Shown here piece by piece: positions 18,436 through 26,748 of a stretch of DNA of 39,017 nt. Source of the stretch: an uncultured Phycisphaerales bacterium (lineage in GTDB: Bacteria > Planctomycetota > B15-G4 > CAYZWU01); contig CAYZWU010000043.1 in the NCBI GenBank assembly GCA_964482235.1, positions 1 through 39,017 on the forward strand, written 5' to 3'. Every line of letters begins with the position of its first letter. The first letter of the stretch is position 1. Under the pieces are notes generated by a model that ran no database searches, was not told where the DNA came from, and saw only the letters and a list, made by a program, of their open reading frames with translations. The translations under genes were made by a program, and so were the position numbers.

Positions 18436-19481
18436 CCTCGAAGGAACGCGTCCTCTGCACATTCGATTTCAAGCAGCCTGACCGCGTACCGGCCTGGTAC
18501 GGCATGTCCGACGAGTTTCGCGAGAAGGCGAAAAGGGAGCTCGGCCTCGACGACGAGGAGTTGCTCGTCCGGTTCGGCGACGACTTCCGCCGGGTCTTCC
18601 CAAGGTACACAGGCCCTGATGTCGCCCTGTCCGGGGACGCGGCCTCCCGGACGATCTTCGGCGTGGAGCGCCGCGGGCTCGGGTACGGCCAGCCGATGAG
18701 CCACCCCCTGGAGAACGCCACGCTCGACGATGTCCACGCCTATCCCTGGCCCGACCCGGCCTGGTCCGACACCTCGGGCATCAAGGCCGAAGCCGAAGCC
18801 TTCGGCCGCGAATACGCCGTGCTCGGCGGCGACTGGTCTCCCTTCTGGCACGACGCCATCGACCTTCTCGGCATGGAGAACCTCTACTTCAAGATGCACG
18901 ACGAGCCCGAGCTGGTCGATGCCCTGCTGGCTCACATGGTCGACTACTACGCGGCCGTGAGCCTGCGGATCTTCGAGGCGGCGGGCAGCGCCATCGACAT
19001 CTTCTTCATGGGGAACGATTTCGGCAGCCAGACCGGACCGCTGATGGGGCCCGATCTCTTCAGGCGCTTCATCCTGCCTCACCTCGTGCGGCTGAGCGAT
19101 CTCGGTCACGATTTCGGCCTGAAGGTGCTGCTCCACTGCTGCGGCGGATTCGCCCCTCTGATCCCCCTGATGATCGAGGCGCGGATCGACGGCGTCCACA
19201 CGATCCAGCCGTCCTGCGCCGGCATGGAGCTCGAGAAGCTGAAAGCCGACCACGGGCGGGCCATCGTCTTCAACGGGGCGATCGACTCGCATCACGTTCT
19301 CATCAGCGGGACGCCGGAGTCGGTCCGCGAGAACACGCGGCAGGTGCTCGATATCATGAAGCCCGGCGGCGGCTATGTGGCCGGCGCCAGCCACGACACG
19401 ATCCTCGAGGAGACATCCGTGGAGAACGTGCTGGCCATGTCCGACGCGATCCGCGACTTCGGCGTCTACGGAAAGGTCTGA
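18426..19481 (+). CDS. URO-D-like family protein, paralog 2
   Basis: The ORF frame is open from 18339 but has no ATG nearby. A TTG at 18426 sits 8 nt after a GGAGGAGGTG SD and overlaps the rhaM stop by 10 nt, suggesting translational coupling. The protein aligns in pattern with paralogs 1 and 3 (HCCGG, GGGYVAGASHD near the C-terminus). Confidence 0.7.
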   Translation: MRLTSKERVLCTFDFKQPDRVPAWYGMSDEFREKAKRELGLDDEELLVRFGDDFRRVFPRYTGPDVALSGDAASRTIFGVERRGLGYGQPMSHPLENATLDDVHAYPWPDPAWSDTSGIKAEAEAFGREYAVLGGDWSPFWHDAIDLLGMENLYFKMHDEPELVDALLAHMVDYYAAVSLRIFEAAGSAIDIFFMGNDFGSQTGPLMGPDLFRRFILPHLVRLSDLGHDFGLKVLLHCCGGFAPLIPLMIEARIDGVHTIQPSCAGMELEKLKADHGRAIVFNGAIDSHHVLISGTPESVRENTRQVLDIMKPGGGYVAGASHDTILEETSVENVLAMSDAIRDFGVYGKV

Positions 19482-19526
19482 TTCGGTTTGCCAGAAGGAT
19501 CCATACGCAGCGAAACGATCCTCCTG

Positions 19527-21023
19527 ATGGAGGATATCGTGAAGGAGTTCTCCGGTGTCCGGGCGCTCGACAGCGTCTGCTTCGACGTGCGGGCCGGGGA
19601 GGTTCACGCGCTGATCGGCGAGAACGGCGCGGGCAAGTCGACGCTGATGAACGTTCTGGCCGGCCGCTTCACCGATTACGGGGGACGCCTCTTCATCGGG
19701 AGTGAGGAAAAGAGGATCCTCGATCCCCGGATGGCCCGCCGCATGGGCATCGCCGTGATCTACCAGGACCTGAGCCTTGTTCCCAACTTCACGGTGGCGG
19801 AGAACATCATGCTCGGCGACGAGCGGGCGGGGCGCTGGACGCGGCGCCTCGATCGTCGGGCGATCGTCGATGAAGCACGGAAGGTGATCGACTACCTCGG
19901 TTTCGACCTCGATCCCCTGCTTCCGGTCGAGGGCCTCGGCACGGCCAGGCAGGTCCTGGTGGAGATCGCGGGCGCCGTGCGCCGCAACGTGAACATCCTC
20001 GTCTTCGACGAGCCGACGGCTTCCCTGGGCAACGAGGACGTGGACAAGCTCTTTCGCGTGATCGGCGATCTCAAGAAGAGAGGGCTCGGCATCGTCTACA
20101 TCTCCCACCGCCTGGCCGAACTCCCACTCATCGCCGACAGGGTGACGGTGCTGCGCGATGGTCGTAGGGTCGGCGTCAGGGAGATGGCGGGCACGCGGGT
20201 GTCGCAGCTCACCCGGATGATGATTGGGCACGAGCTGGCCGAGGTCTTCCCGGAAAAAACGAACCGGCCAAGCGAACCGGTCCTCGAGGTGAACGATCTC
20301 TCGCGAACCGGTGCCTTCGAGGGAATCTCCTTCATCCTTCGCGCCGGGGAGATCCTCGGCATCGCCGGTCTCGTCGGCTCGGGGCGGACGGAGGTCGTCC
20401 GCGCCCTCTTCGGTGCGGACAGCGCGTCGGGCAGCGTGACGATCAAGGGAAGGAGGATCGCGCGGCTCACACCGTCCCTCTGTCGCGGACTCGGCATCGG
20501 ACTCGTTCCCGAGAACAGGAAGCTCCAGGGCAACATCACGGGCAGAACGGTCCGGGAGAACATCACCGTCACCATCCTGGACAGGCTGGCGAAGCGGCTC
20601 GGCTTTCTCGCGCCGAAAGGGGTCTCACGCGCCGCGGCGACGAAGATCGAGGAGATGAAGGTCGATCCGCCCGACGGCGCGATGGAGATCGGGCACCTGA
20701 GCGGAGGCAACCAGCAGAAGGTCGTGGTGGGGCGCTGGCTGGCCGCCGAGCCCGACGTGCTGATCTTCGACGAACCGACGCAGGGCATCGACGTGGGGAC
20801 GAAGTCGCAGATCTACAAGCTGATCGTCAACCTGGCCGCCCAGGGCCGCGGCATCATCCTGATCTCCTCCGAGCTGATCGAGATCTCGAAGCTGGCCGAC
20901 CGCGTCCTGGTCCTCAGGGAAGGCCGGATCGTGCGCGAGATGATAGGACGGGACATCGACGAGGAGAGACTCTTCTCCGCCTGCGTGAGACAGAACGATT
21001 CTGCAGAGGCATCGATCTCATGA
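19527..21023 (+). CDS. Sugar ABC transporter ATP-binding protein with duplicated ABC domains (CUT2 family, RbsA/RhaT-like)
   Basis: Two Walker A motifs (GENGAGKST; GLVGSGRT), signature LSGGNQQK, and two Walker B/D-loop motifs (LVFDEPT; LIFDEPT). The ATG at 19527 is preferred over the upstream TTG at 19488 because it sits directly before EDIVKEF, the segment aligning with the RbsA-type N-terminal motif. Confidence 0.85.
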   Translation: MEDIVKEFSGVRALDSVCFDVRAGEVHALIGENGAGKSTLMNVLAGRFTDYGGRLFIGSEEKRILDPRMARRMGIAVIYQDLSLVPNFTVAENIMLGDERAGRWTRRLDRRAIVDEARKVIDYLGFDLDPLLPVEGLGTARQVLVEIAGAVRRNVNILVFDEPTASLGNEDVDKLFRVIGDLKKRGLGIVYISHRLAELPLIADRVTVLRDGRRVGVREMAGTRVSQLTRMMIGHELAEVFPEKTNRPSEPVLEVNDLSRTGAFEGISFILRAGEILGIAGLVGSGRTEVVRALFGADSASGSVTIKGRRIARLTPSLCRGLGIGLVPENRKLQGNITGRTVRENITVTILDRLAKRLGFLAPKGVSRAAATKIEEMKVDPPDGAMEIGHLSGGNQQKVVVGRWLAAEPDVLIFDEPTQGIDVGTKSQIYKLIVNLAAQGRGIILISSELIEISKLADRVLVLREGRIVREMIGRDIDEERLFSACVRQNDSAEASIS

Positions 21024-22042
21024 AAAGCGAAGCAGCCGGCCGCGACAAGGTCCTATCGTTCCGCAAGGTGCAGCGCGCCTCGATCCTGATAGTCCTCGTC
21101 GGGCTCTGCGCCTTCGCCGCCTTCAAGAGCCCCACCTTTCTCAGCTGGGCCAACCTTGTGGACAACATCCTCACCAACGCGGCGGCACTCGGTGTGATCG
21201 CCGTCGGCATGACCTTCGTGATGATCGGCGGCGGCTTCGATCTCTCCGTGGCTTCCAACACCGCCGTCTGCACCGTGGTGCTCGTGATGACCATGGACTC
21301 GCTCTCGGCTCAAGGCGCTGCCGTGGCGATCCCGGCCGCCGTGCTCGTCACATGTCTCGCCGGAATGATCCTGGGCGCCGTCAACGGGTGGCTCGTCGCC
21401 TATGTGGGCGTGAACCCCTTCGTGACAACGCTGAGCACCATGCTGATCTTCCGGGGGATCGCCCTGATCCTCACGGGAGGCGGACAGGCGATGCAGGTGG
21501 CGGACATCGAGCTGCGCGAGGGCTTCACGGCGATGATCGATGCACAGCTTCCCCTCTTCGGCGAAGCCTACCAGGTCTCGTTGCCGATCATTTTATTTCT
21601 CGTCGTCCTGGGGATCGGAATCTACCTCCTGCGCTTCACGCCCTTCGGCCACTACACCTACGCCCTCGGCGGCAACGAGGAGGCGGCGCGCCTGGCCGGT
21701 GTGAACACGCGCCTCGTCAACGCGTCGAACTACGTGATCTGCGGTTTGACATGCGCCGTGGCGGCCGTCATATTCGTGGCCTGGTCCACGACGGCCCAGG
21801 CCGAGAGCCACCAGGGGAAGGAGCTCGTGGTGATCGCCAGCGTGATCGTCGGCGGAACGCCGCTCGGGGGAGGTGCCGGCGGCCTCGGCTGCACCCTTGT
21901 CGGCCTGATGCTGCTGCAGGTGATCAAGAACCTCCTGACCCAGTTCAGCGTGGGGGCCGAGTATCGCAACGTGGTCACGGGCCTGATCATCCTCATCGTG
22001 GTGACGATCGACGTGATCGCCAGGAGGCGGATGAGAAGATAG
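21020..22042 (+). CDS. Sugar ABC transporter permease (CUT2 family, RbsC/RhaP-like)
   Basis: ATGA overlap with the ATPase stop codon. Multiple transmembrane helices. The conserved permease loop GGxxxxGG...VIVGGTPLGGGAG is typical of the BPD_transp_2 family. Confidence 0.85.
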   Translation: MKSEAAGRDKVLSFRKVQRASILIVLVGLCAFAAFKSPTFLSWANLVDNILTNAAALGVIAVGMTFVMIGGGFDLSVASNTAVCTVVLVMTMDSLSAQGAAVAIPAAVLVTCLAGMILGAVNGWLVAYVGVNPFVTTLSTMLIFRGIALILTGGGQAMQVADIELREGFTAMIDAQLPLFGEAYQVSLPIILFLVVLGIGIYLLRFTPFGHYTYALGGNEEAARLAGVNTRLVNASNYVICGLTCAVAAVIFVAWSTTAQAESHQGKELVVIASVIVGGTPLGGGAGGLGCTLVGLMLLQVIKNLLTQFSVGAEYRNVVTGLIILIVVTIDVIARRRMRR

Positions 22043-22063
22043 CCTTTTCTTGGAGAGTGCTCA

Positions 22064-22984
22064 GTGATGAAGAATACCCTTCTTGCCCTGATCGTCGTGC
22101 TTCTTGCCGCTGCCGGATGCAGCGAGAGAGGCGAAAGGAAGTATCGCATCGGCTTTCTCACAACCCTGGACCATCCCTACTGGCAGAACATGCGCCTCGG
22201 CGCCGAGGACGAGGGGCGCAAGCTCGACGCCGAGGTGACGATCCTCAATGCCAAGGAGGATCCCGTCCTCCAGATCGAGCAGATCAGGGAGTTGATCGCC
22301 AAGGGCGTCGACGTTGTCTGCCTCGTTCCCATGAAGAAGGAGCCGCTCGTGCGCGGCGTGCAGATGCTGAACAAGGCGAAGATCCCGGTGGTCATCGTGA
22401 ACAGGGAGATCGGCGACGGCTGCGACACGATCTGCTACACCGGAACGGACACCTACGCCGGCGCCGTCGTGTCTGCAGGGATCATGGCCGAGGCGATGGG
22501 GGGGAAGGGCGAGATCGTCGAGTTTCACCAGCACCTCGGCACGGGCCCCGAACTTGCGCGCAGCAAGGCCCTGCGCGATGTCCTGAAACACTATCCGGAC
22601 ATCGAGGTGAAGGCGCGCATCCCGCACAACGGGCAGCGCGACGTGGTGAAGACCGAGATGCAGACGCTTCTCGCAAAGCACCCGAACCTGGCCGGCATCT
22701 ATGCCCACGGCGACAACTTCGCCATCGCCGCGGCCCAGGTTTGCCGCAAGGTCGGACGGGACGGCATCAAGGTCGTCGGCATGGGCGGCAGCCGGGAGGC
22801 GATCGAGGCGATCCGCGACGGCCTCATCACGGGGACGAGCTATCAGCAGCCCGAGGAGGAGGGGCGCAGCGCCGTTCGCCTGGCAGTGCGGTATCTCGAG
22901 GGCGAGAAGCTCGAACGATCGTATCCCGTCGACTGCCCGGCCATCACCCGGAGCAACGCCGATTCGTTCGAGGGGCAGTTCTGA
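22064..22984 (+). CDS. Periplasmic monosaccharide-binding protein (CUT2 SBP, RbsB/RhaS-like), lipoprotein
   Basis: Lipobox LLAAAGCS. Type-I periplasmic binding fold pattern (YRIGFLT...DVVCLVP...IPVVIVNR...VVGMGG). It follows the permease directly. Confidence 0.8.
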   Translation: MMKNTLLALIVVLLAAAGCSERGERKYRIGFLTTLDHPYWQNMRLGAEDEGRKLDAEVTILNAKEDPVLQIEQIRELIAKGVDVVCLVPMKKEPLVRGVQMLNKAKIPVVIVNREIGDGCDTICYTGTDTYAGAVVSAGIMAEAMGGKGEIVEFHQHLGTGPELARSKALRDVLKHYPDIEVKARIPHNGQRDVVKTEMQTLLAKHPNLAGIYAHGDNFAIAAAQVCRKVGRDGIKVVGMGGSREAIEAIRDGLITGTSYQQPEEEGRSAVRLAVRYLEGEKLERSYPVDCPAITRSNADSFEGQF

Positions 22985-23043
22985 GGTGCCGGCTTTTACA
23001 CGGAGCATGTGCGTTCAATTGTTTATCTGACGAGGAGGCGGCA

Positions 23044-23457
23044 GTGAAAAACGGATGGATCGCGGCAGCGGCGCTGGTTCTTGTCTGCCTGCTGGGAGCG
23101 GGCTGCGCCCAGACAGAACCGGTGAGGTACGGGATGGTGATCGCCCTTAAACCGGAGAAGATCGCCGAATACAAGGAGCTTCACGCCAACTGCTGGCCCG
23201 GCGTGCTCGAGAAAATCGAGAAGTGCGGGATCCGCAACTACTCGATCTACCTCGCCGAGATCGAGGAGGACAAGCATTACCTCTTCAGCTACTTCGAGTA
23301 CGTGGGCGACGACTTCGAGGGGGACATGAAGAAGATGGCGGCCGACGGGACCACGCAGAAGTGGTGGAAGGAGACGGACCCGTGCCAGACGCCGGTTCCC
23401 ACCTGCCCTGAAGGCGATTGGTGGATGAAGATGGAGGAGGTCTTCCACACCGATTGA
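23044..23457 (+). CDS. RhaM-family (rhamnose mutarotase-like) protein with lipoprotein signal peptide, paralog 2
   Basis: Not listed as its own ORF because it is embedded in the spurious 701-aa frame. A GTG at 23044 lies 8 nt after GAGGAGG. The protein begins VKNGWIAAAALVLVCLLGAGCAQ (lipobox LGAGC). It is then colinear with RhaM: VLEKIEKCGIRNYSIYL...YLFSYFEYVGDDFEGDM...KWW...EVFH. Confidence 0.7.
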   Translation: MKNGWIAAAALVLVCLLGAGCAQTEPVRYGMVIALKPEKIAEYKELHANCWPGVLEKIEKCGIRNYSIYLAEIEEDKHYLFSYFEYVGDDFEGDMKKMAADGTTQKWWKETDPCQTPVPTCPEGDWWMKMEEVFHTD

Positions 23458-23505
23458 GGGCGCTCGGCCCTGCCCGGCCAATGTAGACGGCAAGGAATAG
23501 ATAGC

Positions 23506-25257
23506 ATGTCGGAATCCCCGCCTTCCCCTTCTTCCCGCAGACATGACCTCGACGCCCTGCGCGCCGCGGCCATGCTGCTGGGCATCGCCCTCCACAGCGC
23601 GCTCTCGTTCGGGATTCTCCCCTGGATCGTGCAGGACAGCCGGCAGCACGAGGCCTTCGGATGGTTCGTCGCGGCCGTCCACGGCTTTCGCATGCCCGTC
23701 TTCTTCGTGATGAGCGGATTCTTCACCGCCATGCTGTGGCGTCGCAGGGGACTGGGATCCCTTGTGTGGCAGCGCTCGCGCCGTGTGCTGCTTCCCTGTT
23801 TGATCGGGCTCTTCACCATCGTTCCCCTTGTCGACTGGGTCTGCGGGGAGGCGATCGAATCGGCCTTCGAGAAGGATGAGGAAGCGTCATCGTCGGAAGA
23901 GAAGTACGACAACATCTGGGCCGCTGCCGCGATGGGCGACATCGCGCTGATGATGGAGCACGTCGCCAAGGGCGCCGATGTCAACGGGCAGGATCCCCTC
24001 TTCGGCGTGACACCCCTGTCGTGGGCTGCGCTTTACGGTCGGACCGAGGCGGCCGGATTCCTGATCGTGCAGGGCGCCGACCTGGATTGCCGCAACAGGG
24101 ACGGGGCCACGGCTCTTCATGCGGCGGCTTTTCTCGGCCGCGCCGGGACGGTGAACTTCCTGCTTCAGCAAGGTGCGGAGGTGGATGCGAGGAACAGCAA
24201 GGGGGAGACGCCGCTGCAGAACACGCAGGTCGACTGGGGGATCACCCGGTTCATCGCCGGCCTGCTGAAGATCGAGGTCGATCAGGAGAAGGTGGAGTCG
24301 GGACGGATCGAATGCGCGGCGCTCCTCGAGCGTTACGGAGCCGTGGATCCGGAAGATGCCGCCCCTGATCAAGCGGCGGGCGGTCCTTCAGGCGACGGGG
24401 TGGAGGTATCGCGGGATCCGATCCGGGACTGGATCCTCAGGCTGACCTTTGATCCCGACTTTGCCACACCGGTCTTTCATCATCTCTGGTTCCTCTGGCA
24501 TCTCTGCTGGCTCGTTGCGGCTTTCACCATCTATGCGGCGATCATGAACCGCCTGCGCGGAGCCTCGCTGCCGAGGTGGCTGACCCTGCCCGGAATACGC
24601 TTTCTCTGGCTGATTCCCCTGACCATGGTGCCGCAGTGGTACATGGGGCTCTTCATGCCCGGTTTCGGCCCCGACACCTCGCTGGGATGGCTTCCCCTGC
24701 CGCACGTGCTGCTCTATTACGCCCTCTTCTTCGGTTTCGGCGTACTCTACTACGATAGCGATGATGCCGCAGGGCGGGTGGGGCGCTGGTGGTGGCTCCT
24801 CATCCCCTTCGCGCTGCTCGTCGTCTTTCCGCTGGGCTACGAGCTCTCCACCGGCGAGTTCGGGTTTCGCGACAGCCTGATCGAGCCTGCAGCGCACCGC
24901 CTGCTCGCCGTGGCTCTGCAGGCAGCCTATGCCTGGATGATGACCTTCGGCCTGATGGGATTGTTCCGCCGGCTGCTCACAGGAGAGAGCAGGATCATCC
25001 GCTATCTGTCGGACTCGTCGTACTGGCTCTACCTGGCCCACGTTCCCCTGGTGATCTGGGCTCAGATGCTGGTTCGCGACTGGCAGATGTCGGCCGTCGT
25101 CAAGTGCAGCCTGATCTGCGTCGCCGCGAGCGCCTTTCTCCTGGTTCTCTATCAGGTCTTCGTGCGTTACACTCTGATCGGCAGGATGCTCAACGGACCG
25201 AGAAGGCGTCGAGGTCCGGCTGCCGCATCGGTTGATGAAGAGAGGATTGCTTCATGA
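23506..25257 (+). CDS. Acyltransferase-3 (OafA/HGSNAT-like) integral membrane protein with an inserted ankyrin-repeat domain
   Basis: N-terminal acyltransferase-3 signature RRHDLDALRAAAMLLGIALHS, followed by transmembrane helices. An approximately 250-aa soluble insert carries ankyrin repeats (GVTPLSWAALYGRTEAAGFLIVQGADLDC; DGATALHAAAFLGRAGTVNFLLQQGAEVDA; KGETPLQ). It is followed by at least 7 further transmembrane helices. An AAGGAA SD lies upstream. Confidence 0.7.
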   Translation: MSESPPSPSSRRHDLDALRAAAMLLGIALHSALSFGILPWIVQDSRQHEAFGWFVAAVHGFRMPVFFVMSGFFTAMLWRRRGLGSLVWQRSRRVLLPCLIGLFTIVPLVDWVCGEAIESAFEKDEEASSSEEKYDNIWAAAAMGDIALMMEHVAKGADVNGQDPLFGVTPLSWAALYGRTEAAGFLIVQGADLDCRNRDGATALHAAAFLGRAGTVNFLLQQGAEVDARNSKGETPLQNTQVDWGITRFIAGLLKIEVDQEKVESGRIECAALLERYGAVDPEDAAPDQAAGGPSGDGVEVSRDPIRDWILRLTFDPDFATPVFHHLWFLWHLCWLVAAFTIYAAIMNRLRGASLPRWLTLPGIRFLWLIPLTMVPQWYMGLFMPGFGPDTSLGWLPLPHVLLYYALFFGFGVLYYDSDDAAGRVGRWWWLLIPFALLVVFPLGYELSTGEFGFRDSLIEPAAHRLLAVALQAAYAWMMTFGLMGLFRRLLTGESRIIRYLSDSSYWLYLAHVPLVIWAQMLVRDWQMSAVVKCSLICVAASAFLLVLYQVFVRYTLIGRMLNGPRRRRGPAAASVDEERIAS

Positions 25258-26369
25258 ATTCACGGGAAAGACTTCTCTGTGCCTTGAAGGGCGAGAAGCC
25301 GGACAGGCTCCCGGTCACGTTCCATCAGTGGCAGTGGTATCACCTGGACAAGTACCTGAACGGGATGAGCGACCTCGAAGCCTACGGGAAGTTCGGCATG
25401 GATGCGGCGATCCAGTACTTCCAGGAGATGGGGCAGTTCTGGGTGGCTGGTGCGGATTTCGACAAGTTCTGCGTGCCCGAGTGGCGCGACGAGGTGACGG
25501 TGGTGAGCGACGACCCGGACGGCAGGGAGTGCCATCACACGATCGAGACGCCCGGGGGGACGCTCACCTACAAGACGGCGGGCGACAGGAAGACGACCTG
25601 GATCACCGAGTACATGGTCAAGAGGGACGAGGACATCGAGCTGATCCGGAAGTACATGCCCGTGCCGAAGCTGGAGCTCGAACCGATCGACAGGCTCCAC
25701 GACCGGATCGGGGACAGGGGGATCCTCCGCGGTTTCGTCTGGGGCGACCAGGCGGGATGCTGGCAGCACGCGGCCTGCCTGATGGACATCCAGGAGCTGA
25801 TCTTCGCCACCTTCGACAAGCCCGACTGGGTGCACGAGTTCATGAAGGTCCTCCTGGAGAAGAAGCTCCGCTTCATCGAGACGATGAAGGGCGCGCGCCT
25901 CGACCTGATCGAGACGGGCGGCGGCTCGTCGTCATCGACCCTGATCTCGCCGGCGATCCACGAGGAGTTTTGTCTTCCCTACGACAGGAAGATGCACGAC
26001 GCGCTCCACGACCTCGGCTTCCTCGTCACCTATCACACCTGCGGGGGCACGGCCGGAATCGAGGACCTCATCGTTCGGAACGGGACCGACGCGTCGGAAA
26101 CCCTCGCGCCGAGAAGCATCGGCGGCAACAGCGATCCCTGGGAGACCAAGGCGAAGATCGGCGACCGCCTGGCCCTGATCGGCGGCCTCGACCAGTTCAA
26201 CGTCCTCACGTCGGGTACTGACGAGGAGATCCGCGCCAGGGTCCACAGGCTCTTCACCGAGGTCGGCCACGAGGGCGGCTACATCCTCTCCTGCGCGGAC
26301 CACTTCTTCGAGACGCCTCTCGAAAAAATACAGGTGTACGTCGATGCCGCCCGCGAGTGTGTTTATTAG
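25254..26369 (+). CDS. URO-D-like family protein, paralog 3
   Basis: ATGA start/stop overlap with the acyltransferase gene. 371 aa. Matches the paralog pattern (TYHTCGG; GGYILSCADH near the C-terminus). Confidence 0.75.
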   Translation: MNSRERLLCALKGEKPDRLPVTFHQWQWYHLDKYLNGMSDLEAYGKFGMDAAIQYFQEMGQFWVAGADFDKFCVPEWRDEVTVVSDDPDGRECHHTIETPGGTLTYKTAGDRKTTWITEYMVKRDEDIELIRKYMPVPKLELEPIDRLHDRIGDRGILRGFVWGDQAGCWQHAACLMDIQELIFATFDKPDWVHEFMKVLLEKKLRFIETMKGARLDLIETGGGSSSSTLISPAIHEEFCLPYDRKMHDALHDLGFLVTYHTCGGTAGIEDLIVRNGTDASETLAPRSIGGNSDPWETKAKIGDRLALIGGLDQFNVLTSGTDEEIRARVHRLFTEVGHEGGYILSCADHFFETPLEKIQVYVDAARECVY

Positions 26370-26384
26370 GAGGGCTTTCGCGGG

Positions 26385-26458
26385 GCTTGTGAGAAGGGAA
26401 TCACCGGAACGTCCTCGCCGAGCCTGCGGAATGTTCCGGTGATTCCCTTCTCACAAGC
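26385..26458. repeat. Hairpin repeat copy C (perfect 26-bp stem, conserved loop; likely terminator of the sugar operon)
   Basis: gcttgtgagaagggaatcaccggaac / GTCCTCGCCGAGCCTGCGGAAT / gttccggtgattcccttctcacaagc. It starts 16 nt after the URO-D paralog 3 stop. Its stems are homologous but not identical to copy A. Confidence 0.8.
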
Positions 26459-26639
26459 CTCGAGGGGACGCACTCACGGGCGGCATCGGAGAGTGGGGAA
26501 AAAAGAAGAGGCTCGGTGTTTGTCGATCCTGTTTTGCAGTCTGTGTCAACTCCTGGTGAGCACTGTTTTGGGGAGAAGTGATAGGAATTCGGCTTGCTCC
26601 GAAAGTTATTTTCCCTCACGGCTGCGAGCTTGCTGACAG

Positions 26640-26678
26640 CACCGGCTTCGTCCTCGCCGAGCCTGTGGAATGTTCCGG
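26640..26678. repeat. Degenerate copy D of the conserved repeat core (stems eroded)
   Basis: caccggcttcGTCCTCGCCGAGCCTGtGGAATGTTCCGGca: the core is retained with 1 substitution and a changed left arm. It lies 71 nt from the end of the convergent beta-helix gene. Confidence 0.6.
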
Positions 26679-26748
26679 CAAAGTCACGCCCGCGGAGCGA
26701 CTCACCCCGCGAGGTCAAGCTTCTTAATCTCCCTTCAATCGCACTATA

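Noticed and set aside
18267-20231. 654-aa minus-strand ORF antisense to rhaM, URO-D paralog 2 and the ABC ATPase
   Set aside because: Antisense to three well-supported genes. No SD and no recognisable domain. Composition typical of GC-rich antisense frames.
21352-23457. 701-aa ORF on the plus strand spanning four genes
   Set aside because: The alternate-frame product is an Arg/Gly/Asp/Pro-rich low-complexity read-through typical of high-GC DNA. The same DNA encodes, in other frames, the permease, the binding protein and the secreted RhaM-like protein, each with clear family signatures, SD sites and signal peptides.
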